A stretch of 64,000 bases of DNA, from NCBI GenBank assembly GCA_963748625.1, contig CAVVJT010000007.1, positions 576,001-640,000 of the forward strand, read 5' to 3'. The notes below the pieces were generated by a model that worked only from the letters and a program-made list of their open reading frames with translations, did not search any database and had not been told where the DNA came from. The position numbers were made by a program, and so were the translations under genes. Numbering within the stretch: the first letter of the stretch is position 1; each line of letters starts with the position of its first letter. This document shows positions 9,068 through 20,203 of the stretch, piece by piece. The DNA is from an uncultured Chloroflexia bacterium. GTDB lineage: Bacteria > Chloroflexota > Limnocylindria > Limnocylindrales > CSP1-4.

Positions 9068-10717
9068 ATGTCCGATCCAAGCACGGAGCACCCTGAGCCC
9101 GCCGAGCCGTCGCACCCGGCAGGCCGCACCCAGGCCGCCTCGACCCTGCTCCTCCTCAACGCGATCTTCCCGGGCCTCGGCCACCTAGTCGCCGGCCGTC
9201 GGGCATGGGCGGTCGTCCTGGCCGCGCCCGTGCTGATCGCGCTCGTGATCCTCGCGTTCGCCGCGCTCACCGGCGGCGCCACCTCGCTCGCGGCCCGCTT
9301 CCTCGATCCAGGCCTTCTGGGCATCCTGCTGCTCGCGGAGGGAGCCTTCCTCCTGTGGCACCTGTTCTCCCTCGGCGCCGTGCGGGTGGTCACCCCGATC
9401 CGGGCCTCCGCCGTCAACATCGTTGCGGTCGTGGTCGCCGTCGCCATCGTCGTCGGTCCGCAGATCGTGGCCGGCAGCGTGACCGCCGACGCCCGCGATG
9501 CCGCGGTGGCCATCTTCGAACCCGTCGCGGAGGGCGGCGCGTGGGTGCCGGACGCGACGCCGCCGCCGGTCACCGCCAACGACCCGGACTTCGAGATCAC
9601 CCCGTCGGAGGCGCCCTCGATCGACCCCTCCGCGGATCCGTCGGCAAGCGCCTCGACGGAGCCATCGGTCTCGCCCACCCCGGACGTCCCCCGGGTCAAT
9701 GTGCTGCTGATCGGGGTCGACTCGGGCGCGGGCCGCAACACGGCACTCACGGACACGATGATCGTCGCCTCGCTGGACCCCGTCGGGAAGACCGTGTCGA
9801 TGGTGTCGATACCCCGTGACATGGTGGACGTGCCCCTGCCGGACGGCCGGTCCTACCGCGGCAAGATCAACTCCCTCGCGTCGTTCGTGCGCTGGAACCC
9901 CAAGAAGTTCCCGGGCGCCAAGGACGGGCAGTCGGTCCTGGCCGCGGCCATCGGGGAGCTCCTCCACCTCGACATCAGCATGTGGGCCCAGGTCAACCTG
10001 GGCGGCTTCGTGTACCTGGTCGACTCCGTCGGCGGCGTGAACGTCACGGTGACTGACGGCTTCTGCGACCCGCGCTACAAGGAGTACGGGATCAGGGGCT
10101 TCAGCATCTCGCCAGGCCGCTACCACTTCGACGGCGAGCAGGCCCTCGCCTACGCCCGGGTGCGCAAGGCGGCGGGCGAGTCCGACTTCACGCGGGCTGC
10201 CCGCCAGCAGGAGGTGATCGGGGCCCTGCGCGACAAGATCGTCAAGGGCGCGTTCCTCGAGAACCCGGGCAAGTTCCTCAAGTCGCTCGGCCAGACCATC
10301 CAGACCAACATCAAGCCCTCGTTCATCGCTGACTGGATCAGCGTCGCCTCGGAGGTCCGCCGCAAGGACACCTTCCGGGCCGTGATCCAGCGCCCGCTCG
10401 TGCGCGGCGAGTACGACCAGCGCGGATCCATCCAGGTCCCGAACCTCAAGAAGATCCGGGCCCTTGCGACGCGCTTGTTCACCCCGGCCGGCGTGCGGCC
10501 GGAGGGCTTTGAGACGATGCCCGCCGCAGGGTCGGGACCCGCCAGGTCGGCCGGCAAGTCCTCCACCTGCGGCATTGCCCCCAAGCCGAAGCCGACGCCC
10601 AAGGCCACGCCGAAGCCGACACCCAAGGCCAGCGCCAAGCCGACGCCCGCACCGACGCCCGAGCCGACCGCGGAGCCCACGCCCGAGCTCACCCCGGAAC
10701 CGACGCCCGAGCCCTGA
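9068..10717 (+). CDS. LCP (LytR-CpsA-Psr) family protein
   Basis: N-terminal TMs; NVLLIGVDS, TDTMIV, SIPRD, KIN, ALAYARVRK and SDFTRAARQQ motifs; Pro/Thr tail. Confidence 0.9.
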   Translation: MSDPSTEHPEPAEPSHPAGRTQAASTLLLLNAIFPGLGHLVAGRRAWAVVLAAPVLIALVILAFAALTGGATSLAARFLDPGLLGILLLAEGAFLLWHLFSLGAVRVVTPIRASAVNIVAVVVAVAIVVGPQIVAGSVTADARDAAVAIFEPVAEGGAWVPDATPPPVTANDPDFEITPSEAPSIDPSADPSASASTEPSVSPTPDVPRVNVLLIGVDSGAGRNTALTDTMIVASLDPVGKTVSMVSIPRDMVDVPLPDGRSYRGKINSLASFVRWNPKKFPGAKDGQSVLAAAIGELLHLDISMWAQVNLGGFVYLVDSVGGVNVTVTDGFCDPRYKEYGIRGFSISPGRYHFDGEQALAYARVRKAAGESDFTRAARQQEVIGALRDKIVKGAFLENPGKFLKSLGQTIQTNIKPSFIADWISVASEVRRKDTFRAVIQRPLVRGEYDQRGSIQVPNLKKIRALATRLFTPAGVRPEGFETMPAAGSGPARSAGKSSTCGIAPKPKPTPKATPKPTPKASAKPTPAPTPEPTAEPTPELTPEPTPEP

Positions 10718-10745
10718 TCGCTGGACGCAAGGCGTCCGGGTCCGG

Positions 10746-12162
10746 TCAGCCCGCGCCCGCGGCCGCCTTCGTCGCTGCGTAGACGGTCAGCGCCCGTTCT
10801 CGCGCCAGCGCGTGCTCCACGATCGGCTCCGGGTACTCCCGGCCCAGGCGGACGCCAGCGGCCGCCAGCTCCACCGGTCCAAGGGTCCACGGCTCGTGGA
10901 TCGCATCACCGGTGATGCCGCGCAGCTCCGGCACCCAGCGCCGCACGTACTCGCCCGCCGGGTCGAAGCGCTTGCCCTGCAGGATCGGGTTGAAGACGCG
11001 GAAGTACGGCTGCGGGTCCGTGCCCGTGCTCGCGGTCCACTGCCAGCCCCCGTTGTTGCTGGCGAGGTCGCCGTCCACCAGGTGCGCCATGAACTCCGCC
11101 TCGCCGAGGCGCCAGTCCAGGAGCAGGTGCTTGGTCAGGAATGAGGCCGCGATCATCCTCGCCCGGTTGTGGACGAACCCGCTCGCACGCAGCTGGCGCA
11201 TCGCGGCGTCCACCACCGGGTAGCCCGTCCGGCCCTCCGCCCAGGCCCGGAGGCCGTCGGCGTCGTCACGCCAGGGGAGCTGGTCGAAGACCCGCTGGTA
11301 GGCCTCCGTCGTCACCCGCGGGTTGTGCCAGAGGACATGCCCGTAGAACTCGCGCCAGACCACCTCGCTGACAAACACCCGCCGCCCGTCACCGGGGCCC
11401 TCGGCACGCTCCACCACCTCGAGGGGTGACAGGAGCCCGAAGCGCAGGTCCGCCGACAGCCGCGAGGTCCCATCGAGATCCAGACGGTTGCGGTCCTCGG
11501 CGTAGGCGTCGAGCGCCCGGCCTTCGAGCCAGCGGTCCAGGCGCACACGGGCGGCCGCCTCCCCGGGGACGGGGAGGAGGGCAGGGTCCGCGGTGGGCGG
11601 GGCGACGTCCGGGACGGGGTCCGGGTGCTCGCGGCCGGGCGCGCCAGGGATCCGCGCCGGCGCCGGCAGGAGGGATCGTCGCGGGCGGCCCTCCCACGTG
11701 CGCCGGAACGGGCCGAAGACCGAGTAGGGGCGACCGTCGGCGGTGAGCACCTCGTCGGGCTCGTGGACGTAGAGGCCGCGCTTCGCGTGGACCGTCACCC
11801 CCAACGGAGCCAGGGCCTCCGCGACCGCGCGGTCACGGCGCCGGCCGTACGGCGTGGCATCGCGGGCCAGGTACAGCGAGGTTGCGCCCGGCCTCGCGGA
11901 CCAGCGCCGGCAGCACGTCCGCTGGTCGACCGGTCAGGACGCGGAGGCCGGCGCCACGTTCTGCGAGCGCGGTCGCCAGCTCCACCACGCTCTCGCGCAT
12001 GAACCACACCCGGTTGGGCGCGGGCCAGCGCCCCTGGAGGAGCGCCTCGTCGAAGACGAAGACGGGGACCACGATGTCCGCCTCGGCGATGGCCGCGGCC
12101 AGGGCGGGGTTGTCGGTGACGCGCAGGTCGCGGCGGAACCAGACGATGGCGGTGCTCGGCAT
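10746..12162 (-). CDS. phrB: deoxyribodipyrimidine photolyase (class I CPD), frameshifted near 11800-11900
   Basis: WFRRDLRVTDNPAL N-terminus; TSRLSADLRFG, WREFY, GRTGYPVVDA, HNRARM and NNGGWQW in another frame. Confidence 0.9.
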
Positions 12163-12219
12163 GCCCTTCTTTCGCTGCAGCGGCGGGTGCGGACGTCCCC
12201 GACGTTCCATGATGCGCTC

Positions 12220-12747
12220 GTGACCGTCCTCGAGCTGCCCGATCCGTGCCTGGTGCTCATGGTGGGAGCCGCGGGCGCCGGCAAGTCCACCCTCGCGGCG
12301 CGCCTCTTCGCGCCTGACGACGTGCTGGCGTCGGACGCGTACCGCGAGCGGATCACCGGTGACGCCGCCGACCAGGCCGCGACTCGGGCGGCCTTCGCCG
12401 CGCTCCACCGCGATCTCCGGGCGCGTCTCCGGGCGGGGCGGACGACGGCGGTGGACGCGACCAGCGTGCACGAGCACGCCCGCAGATCGCTCCTGCGGGT
12501 GGCCGCCGAGGCGGGCGTGCCGGTGGTGGCGATCGTGCTGGACCTTCCCGACGACCTGGTCCTCGAGCGGAATGCCGCCCGTGACCGGGTCGTGCCGGAG
12601 GAGGCCGTGCGCCGCCAGCTGGCCGCCCTGCGCCGTGCCCTGGGGCCGCGGCAGCTGCCCGCCGAGGGGTACGCGCGGCTCATCGTGCTGCGCTCGCCGG
12701 CCGAGGTGGACGCGCTGGTCGTCGAGCGGAGGCCGCGTCCAGGCTGA
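12220..12747 (+). CDS. AAA_33 P-loop kinase (Pnkp kinase-module-like)
   Basis: GAAGAGKST Walker A, SDAYR, VDATS and RNAARDRVVPE motifs. Confidence 0.8.
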   Translation: MTVLELPDPCLVLMVGAAGAGKSTLAARLFAPDDVLASDAYRERITGDAADQAATRAAFAALHRDLRARLRAGRTTAVDATSVHEHARRSLLRVAAEAGVPVVAIVLDLPDDLVLERNAARDRVVPEEAVRRQLAALRRALGPRQLPAEGYARLIVLRSPAEVDALVVERRPRPG

Positions 12748-12760
12748 CCGCCCGACACGC

Positions 12761-12936
12761 GATTCCATCCCTCCGCGGATCGATTCCCCGATCCATTCCT
12801 GCGCGGATCGAATCGGCCAACAATCCCCGTGGTGAGATCCGACCCGGCCGTACGGGCCTGACCCGTGCATGCACCGTCTCGATTCGATCCCTGCAAGGAT
12901 GGACCTGGCCAAGTCATCCGCGAGCGGATGGAATCC
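12761..12936. repeat. family-A element, full length, TIR GATTCCATCC...GGATGGAATC
   Basis: Four ATCC-N6-GGAT-type boxes at 12767, 12795, 12887 and 12916; between convergent genes. Confidence 0.8.
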
Positions 12937-12993
12937 GTCGCTGGCGCTCAACCGACGCTCAGCCTGCGTCGGCCCCGGCGTCGCTCCTGGCGC

Positions 12994-13308
12994 TCAGCCG
13001 GCCTCCGACGCGAGCCTGACCCGCCCGAACGGCTTCGCCCGGAGCTCCACCCAGACACCGTTCTGCATGTAGACGTCCTGGCGGGCGATGTCGAGCGCGG
13101 CCTGCTCCGAGTCCGCGCGGACGAGCAGCATCGACAACGACACGTCGGTGTATGCGCCGGCCTCCACCACCACGCCTGCAGCCCTGAGCTCGGCGATGCG
13201 CGCGAGATGAGTGGCCCGGAACGGCGTCCTGGTCTCGGCGGCATCAGGTGCGTACGTCGCCTGGATCAGCCAGACGGTCTCAAGGGAGTAGGCGGGCGTC
13301 TCGGTCAT
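12994..13308 (-). CDS. YciI-family protein
   Basis: RTPFRATHLARI, EAGA and DVYMQNGVW motifs; about 104 aa; AGGAG RBS. Confidence 0.75.
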   Translation of the reverse strand: MTETPAYSLETVWLIQATYAPDAAETRTPFRATHLARIAELRAAGVVVEAGAYTDVSLSMLLVRADSEQAALDIARQDVYMQNGVWVELRAKPFGRVRLASEAG

Positions 13309-13419
13309 CGGGCTCTTCTGCTCCTCGGGATGACGAGCGCACCCGTGTGCGCGGCGTCCGAAGCGTACAGGCAGAACAGGCCATTCGGGCGCTTGCACAT
13401 CCCGGTCCCGGCGTGCTAA

Positions 13420-13458
13420 GTTCACTTTATCGACCGACAAAGCCTATAAACCGACAAC
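13420..13458 (+). promoter_or_regulatory. AT-rich promoter/operator region of the sulfonate ABC operon
   Basis: TTTATCGACCGACAAAGCCTATAAA imperfect dyad with two ACCGACAA direct repeats. Confidence 0.35.
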
Positions 13459-13495
13459 CACTCGCTCAGCCGTTGTCTCCAGTGTGAGGGTCTCC

Positions 13496-14597
13496 ATGCA
13501 GCGCTCCCCCGTCCGGCTCCTCGCCGCGTTCGCCGTCACCGCCTCCGTCCGTCGTCGCTGCGTGCGGCGGTGCATCGGGCTCTGCGGCCCCTGCGGCCAC
13601 CTCGGCCCCGGCGGCCAGCGAAGGCGGCGTCCCGGGCCCCCTGACCGAGGACGTCACCGTCCGCTTCGGTGTCTTCCCGAACATCACCCACGCGCCCGGC
13701 CTCGTGGAGCTCGCCGACGGCGGCCAGCTCTCCAAGCTCCTGCCCAACGCGACGATCAAGGTGGAGCCGTTCAACTCGGGCACCACGGCCGTCGAGGCGA
13801 TGTTCAGCGACGCGATCGACATCACCTTCATCGGCCCCAACCCGGCCATCAACGCCTACGCCAAGTCGAAGGGCGACGCCGTTCGCGTCATCTCCGGCTC
13901 CACGTCGGGCGGCGCGTTCCTCGTGGTCCGTCCGGAGATCAAGAGCGCGGCCGACCTCAAGGGCAAGAAGATCGCCTCACCGTCGCTCGGCAACACGCAG
14001 GATGTCGCGCTCCGCGCCTGGCTGAAGAGCCAGGGTCTTGCAGCAGACACGGCGGGCGGCGGCGACGTGTCGATCACCCCGCAGGAGAATTCCCAGACGC
14101 TCGAGACCTTCCTTGCGGGCACCATCGACGGCGCGTGGGTCCCCGAGCCGTGGGCGACCCGCCTCATCAAGGAGGGCGGCGCCACCGTCCTCGTCGACGA
14201 GCGTGACCTGTGGCCGGAGGGCAAGTACGTCACCACCCACCTGATGGTCGCCAGGAAGTTCCTCGACGAGAACCCTGAGGTCGTGAAGCGCATCCTGCTC
14301 GCCACCGTCCAGGCCGTCGACTTCGTGAACGAGAACCCGGCCGAGGCCCAGAAGATCGTCAACAACGAGATCGAGAAGTACACGACCAAGAAGCTGTCGG
14401 ACGACCTCCTGACCAGCGCCTGGAAGAACCTCACGTTCACAGTCGACCCGGTTGCGTCGTCGCTCAAGAAGTCCGCGGAGGACGCCATCGGCCAGGGCCT
14501 GCTCAAGGACCCGGGCGACCTCGCCGGCTTGTACGACCTGGCCGCGCTCAACGAGATCCTCAAGGCCCTCGGCAAGCCGGAGGTCAGCGGTCTGTGA
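13496..14597 (+). CDS. ssuA: aliphatic sulfonate/nitrate-type ABC substrate-binding lipoprotein (frameshift near 13548)
   Basis: Lipobox VAAC; FPNITHAP, IGPNPAIN, PSLGNTQDVALR and WVPEPW motifs. Confidence 0.8.
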
Positions 14598-15409
14598 GAC
14601 TCCTGCCGGCGATCGAGCCGGACGGTGATCGGATCATCAGCCCCGTGGAGCCTGACAGCGCCACGGGGCGGATTACCGTCCTCATCGACAACGTCTCGAA
14701 GATCTTCGGCACCGGCAACGGCACCGTCACCGCCCTCGACGACATCTCCCTGACTGTCCATGAGGGCGAGTTCGTCTCGATCCTGGGCGCCTCGGGCTGC
14801 GGCAAGTCCACGCTGCTCAACCTGGTCGCCGGGCTCGACACGCCCACCCGCGGCACCGTCCACCGCGCGGGCCAGCCGTCGTTCATGTTCCAGGAGGCCG
14901 CGCTCTTCCCGTGGCTGTCCGTGGAGCGCAACGTGGAGCTGCCGCTGAAGCTGCGCAAGGTCGGCAAGAAGGAGCGCCAGGAGCGGGTTGCCGAGCTCCT
15001 TGACATGGTCCAGCTCACGGCGTTCGCCAAGCGCCAGCCCCATGAGCTCTCCGGTGGCATGCGCCAGCGGGCCGCACTCGCCCGGGCCCTGGCGCAGGAC
15101 TCCGAGGTCCTCCTGATGGACGAGCCCTTCGGTGCCCTCGACGCGATGACCCGCGACATCCTGCACGACGAGGTGGAGCGGATCTGGCAGCAGACCGGGC
15201 GGACGATCCTCTTCGTCACCCACAACGTGCGCGAGGCGGCCCGCCTGGGCGACCGGATCGTCCTGCTGACCAGCCGGCCCGGTCGCGTCGCCGAGGAGTT
15301 CCGGGTGGACATCCCGCGTCCGCGGCGCATCGAGGATCCCGACGTGTCGGCCCTGGCCAAGGTCGTGACCGCCCGCCTGCGCGAGGAGGTCGCCCGCCAT
15401 GGCCGCTGA
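14594..15409 (+). CDS. ssuB: ABC ATP-binding subunit (NitT/TauT family)
   Basis: GASGCGKST, LSGGMRQR, LLMDEPF and VTH motifs. Confidence 0.85.
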   Translation: MRLLPAIEPDGDRIISPVEPDSATGRITVLIDNVSKIFGTGNGTVTALDDISLTVHEGEFVSILGASGCGKSTLLNLVAGLDTPTRGTVHRAGQPSFMFQEAALFPWLSVERNVELPLKLRKVGKKERQERVAELLDMVQLTAFAKRQPHELSGGMRQRAALARALAQDSEVLLMDEPFGALDAMTRDILHDEVERIWQQTGRTILFVTHNVREAARLGDRIVLLTSRPGRVAEEFRVDIPRPRRIEDPDVSALAKVVTARLREEVARHGR

Positions 15410-16386
15410 CGTCCGGCGCATCATCCGCCGCGACGGCGGCGCCGCAGGTGGTGGCGGCGGCGGCACCGGCGGCGGGCCGGGCGACAGGCGCGGTCAGGAC
15501 GCCCGGGCCGAGGTCGCCGGCCTCGACGCCCTCGACACGCCCGTCGGTGGCGCACGAGCGTCGCTCGCCCACCGCGTCTGGTCCGGCACCTGGCCGAAGC
15601 TCATGGCCATCGGGATCGTGCTCCTCCTCTGGCAGGCGGTCGTCATGACCGGGTGGCGCCCCACCTACGTGCTCCCGGGGCCAGGCGAGGTCCTTGCCCG
15701 CCTGTGGGCCGATTTCCAGACCGTGGAGCTCTGGCAGGCCATCGCGATCACCATGCGCCGCGGCATCTGGGGCTTCACCCTGGCCGTCATCATCGGCGTG
15801 GGCGTGGGTGCGCTCGTCTCGCGGTTCGCCATCATGCGGGCCGCGATCGGGTCGCTGATCACCGGTCTGCAGACCATGCCGTCGATCGCGTGGTTCCCGC
15901 TTGCGATCCTGCTGTTCAAGCTCTCCGAGGAGGCGATCACGTTCGTGGTGATCCTCGGCGCGGCGCCGTCGATCGCGAACGGCCTGATCCACGGCATCGA
16001 CCACATCCCGCCGGTGCTGACCCGTGCCGGGCCGCGTCATGGGGGCGCGCGGGCTCGACGCGTACCGGCACGTGATCATCCCGGCGGCGATGCCGTCGTT
16101 CGTGGCGGGCCTCAAGGGCGGCTGGGCGTTCGCCTGGCGCTCGCTGATGGCCGGCGAGCTGCTGGTGGTGATCGCCTACCAGACGTCGCTCGGGTTCCTG
16201 CTCCAGATCAACCGCGAACTGTCGGATTCCACAGGACTCCTGGCGATCATGCTCGTGATCCTGATCATCGGCATCCTGCTCGACTCGCTCGTGTTCGGGC
16301 AGCTGGAGCGGCGGATCCGGGCGAAGCGCGGGCTGCTGCCGGCCGAGACGGTGCGGGTCAAGGTGGTCCAGGGGGACCCGTTCTGA
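15399..16386 (+). CDS. ssuC: ABC permease (NitT/TauT family), frameshift near 16030
   Basis: LQTMPSIAWFP, then GWAFAWRSLMAGELL in the second frame. Confidence 0.8.
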
Positions 16387-16661
16387 GACCCGTCCTCGGT
16401 CGGGCGGGGCAGGCGGGGTGGCGCGGCGGAGTGCCCAGTCCGGTCCGATGCATCCAGAGCAATACTCTCGATCCCGGCTGCTGCCTCGTTGCCGGCCGGG
16501 CAACGGGACGACGTGATCACGGCGGCGGTGTTCCCGATTCACTGCGCCGCGTTGCGGCGAGAGCATCGTAGGAGCATGGCGGGGCGAATCTATTGCCTCG
16601 TGCGCACGCCGGCGAGGACGGCGGCGGGACGGCGGCGGGCACGCGCCCGGAACAGCCCGGT

Positions 16662-17122
16662 TCAGTGCGGGACGAGCGCGTCCGGGTCCTCGAGCAGCAC
16701 GGCCACATCCGGGCTCGATCGTTCCGGCACCACGTCCGCGATCGAGACCCGCTCCAGCACCTGGCGCAGGCTCACTCGCGTCGCCAGCCAGACGTCGCGC
16801 AGGTGCGTGGCCGTGCCCTTGAAGACGAGGCTCTCGGGGCGCATGCCCGCGCACGTCGGCCAATGGCCCCTCGACCGCCCGGATGACGTCGGCGATGGTG
16901 ATGTCGGACGCGGGCTTCGCCATCCGGTAGCCGCCCACCTGGCCGCGCATCGAGCGCACGAAGCCCGCCCGGCGCAGGTCCACCAGGATGTTCTCGAGAT
17001 AGGAGAGCGGGATCTCCTGGGCGGACGCGATCTGCTCGGCCTTCAGCGGCGCCGTCGCCCTCGTACGCGGCGAGCTCGCACATCGCCCGCACGGCGTAGT
17101 CGACCTTGGCGGAGATCCTCAT
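16662..17122 (-). CDS. Rrf2-family transcriptional regulator (frameshifted)
   Basis: MRISAKVDYAVRA, RGQVGGYRMAKP and ITIADVIRAVEGPL spread over three frames; no Fe-S Cys triad. Confidence 0.85.
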
Positions 17123-17131
17123 GCCGCCATG

Positions 17132-18050
17132 CTACCTAGGGCAGGCCCCGCCGCCCACCGGGCTCGACTCGTCACGGGTCTCGGAGGCGGCCGTGCCGCT
17201 CGCGATCATCGCGATCGCGAGCCCGTGAGCACGATCCCGACCATGTGGCTCCGCGACAGGCGCTCGCGCAGGATGACGATCGCGAGCAGGACCGTCGTCA
17301 CCGGGTAGAGCGACGAGAGGACCGCGGCGATCGCGAGCATCCCCGTCTGCGTGGCGAGGATGAAGAACGCGTTGCCGGCCATGTCGAGCAGGCCGATCAG
17401 GATGAGCCACCGAACACGCCCGCCGGGCAGCCGCCATGGCTGGCGCCAGAGCACGATGACGATCGGCCACAGGACCGCCTGGGTGATCCGCATGACCACG
17501 AGCGAGCCGAAGGCGACCTCGCCCGAGAGCCCCGCGATGCACAGGTTGAACCCGCCGATCGCCAGCCCCGCTGCCAGCGCCCACCCGATTCCCGACGGGT
17601 GATCCGCCTGGGCTCGCCGGGCGCCCGTGTCACGAGCACCACGGAGACGCATCGCCAGCACGATGCCCACAATGACGACGGGCGGCGGTGACGCCCTCGA
17701 CCGCGAAGCCCACCACCACCGGGATGGCGGCCCCGACGACGCCGGTGGTCGGCGCGACCACGCCCATCCGGCCGACGGCGAGGCCCCGGTACAGGAACGC
17801 GATCCCGGCCATGCCGAAGACCCCCGCGCCCGCGGCGAAGGCGATGTCGGCAAGCGGCGGGAATGGCTCCCGCAGGAGGAGCGCGATGGCGAGGGCCCCG
17901 AGGATCCCGACCGCCTGGGTGATCCAGACAACCGTGAGCAGCGGTGCCCGGCGCGAGAGCAGACCTCCCCCGAAGTCACCGGCACCCCAGGTGATCGCGG
18001 AGAGCAGGCCGAACAGGACGACGGCCAGCCCCGGCGCGAGCTCAGCCAGC
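17132..18050 (-). CDS. EamA/DMT transporter (frameshifted)
   Basis: WGAGDFGGG, LYRGLAVGRMGVVAP and SSLYPVTTVLLA motifs. Confidence 0.8.
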
Positions 18051-20203
18051 GACAGGCTCCTCGGCAGCGTCGCCGGAGTCGGACGCAGTGGGTCCGTCAA
18101 GCACCACCACCGCGTCGGCAAGCGTGTCGTAGCGGTCCGACGTGGTGAGGTAGACCACCTGGGTGTCCGTGGCGAGATCCCTGACCACGGCGAGGGCCCG
18201 TGCGGCGCGATCGGCGTCCAGCGTGACGAACGGGTCGTCGAGCAGGAGCGGCGGGCGGCGCCCACCGGTCGCGAACCGCACGAGGGCGATGCGTGCCGCG
18301 AGGTACACGGCATCGAGCGTCCCGCGCGACAGGCTGGTCACGCCGACCCAGTCACCGCGCTCCGGGGCGAACACCGCGATCGAGAGGTCCTCGTCGGAGA
18401 TGCGGACACGGCGGTAGCGACCGTCGGTGATGCGTGCGACATCGCCGGCCATGCGCCGCTCCAGGAACCGGGTGGCTCGCTCGACGGTCGACTGCTCGGC
18501 TGCGTCGAGCTCGGCGAGGGTCCGGCTCCAGGTGCGCTCACGACGGCGGAGCACGGCCAGCTGGGCGCTCCAGGCGGCGTGCCGCTCGGCGAGGCCGGCG
18601 ACCTCCTCGGCGTCGGCAGGGCTCTGCTCGACGCGGGCGCGAGCGCTTGCCTCCTCGTCACGTGCCCGGCCCAGCGTGGTCTCGGCATCGGCGACCTCCA
18701 CCTCGAGGCGCTCGCGGGCGTTGGGCTCCTTGCCGATGGGGCCGAGGGCGTCAAGGGCAAGCGTCCGCTGCTCGATCTCCAGGGCCGCGGTGTCGCGTTT
18801 GAGGTCCAGGCTCTCACGCGGCTCGTCGCCCACGAGCACGACCCAGGCGGGTGCGTCGCTGGTCGATCTCGGCCACGTGCGCCTCCTCGGCCGCGAGGCG
18901 CTCCTCGGCGTCCGCGGATCCGGTCACAGCCGAGGTCGGCAAGCGCGATCTCGCGGTCGGCCTGGCAGCGCTTGAGCTCGGCCTCCATGTCGGAGCGGCC
19001 GCGCAGCCGCCGGTCGATCTCGACGTCCCGGAGCTGGCGCTCCATGCGGTTCGAGCGGCGGCGGACGATGCCGACGGCCGCGAGCACGAGCCCGGTGCCC
19101 GCGACCAGCGCCCCCAAGATCGGCACGATGGGCCAGAGGGCGGTGAGGCCCGCCTGGTTGAGGACGAACCCTCCGAGGGCGAGGACCACCCCGATGATCA
19201 CAAGCACCAGCGACAGGCGGGACAGCGGACGCCACTTGACCTCCGGGCCAACCTCGAAGTCCACCTTGACCTCGCCCGCCAGCTGTTCCTCGAGGTGTGC
19301 GATGCGGGACTCGAGCGAGCGCAGGCGCTCCACGCCGGTGCGCAGGACAGGCAGCGGGATGGTGGACGGATGCCGCCCGTCCAGGTCCTCGATCTCCTGG
19401 CGCAGGACGACGGCTTCCTTGTAGCGCTCGTAGCGCTCATGGGCGGCCGCTCGCTCGGCCGTGAGCACCTCGGCCTGGCGGGCCTTCTCGAGCATCACCT
19501 TGCGTTCGGCGAGCGAGGTCTCCGCCTCTGCCCGGCGCTCCCGGGTCCGCAGATGCGTGTCCCGATCGCGGGCAAGGCGGACGAGGCCCTCCTCGGCGTG
19601 CGCGAGGCGGGTGGCCGCATCGGCCACGGCATCTTCGGCGACCTTGAGGCGGCCCGGGCTTGCGCCGTTCGCCTGGAGCCCGGCGAGGGCCGCGGCGAGA
19701 CGGCGGCGGGCCGCGCGCGAGTCCCGGTCGGAACCACTGATGGAGCCGCGGAGGCGCTCGCCGAACGCTTCGTCACCAGTGGTGAGATCGTCAAGCTCGT
19801 GATGGCGGACGGACGCAGTGGATCGCAGGAACGCGGCGGACGGGATGCCGCTGATGGCGGCAAGCTCGCTCGCGATCCTGGCCTGGTCCTCGATCAGCCC
19901 GCCGTCGAGCGCAAGGCGGGCGGCGCCACCGAGCTCGCGGGCGATGAGCCCGCTGTGGAGGACGCGCTCGTCGTCCTCCCAGGTGAACGCGAGCTCCACC
20001 GCCGCCGGTGCGCCGGGCTCGGCGCTCCAGGCGCGCAGACCCGACGTCATCCTTCCCTCCGGTGAGGGCTGCCTCGATCGCGTGCTGGACGTGGACTTGC
20101 CGGCCTCGTTGGGACCGCGGACCACGGTGAGGCCCGGGGCGAGCTCGATGGTCGTCGCGGTGAAGCGGCGCACGTTGCGCATGGTGACCGACGAGATCCT
20201 CAT
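18042..20203 (-). CDS. SMC/Rad50-like ATPase (YhaN/SbcC-like) with a central TM hairpin, frameshifted
   Basis: GPNEAGKST Walker A, coiled coil, LSRGT signature, LLLDDPFV Walker B. Confidence 0.85.

Noticed and set aside
16449-16606. Degenerate TIR element between ssuC and rrf2 (GCAATA/TATTGC)
   Set aside because: Only about 13 of 22 terminal positions are complementary and there is no second copy in the window.
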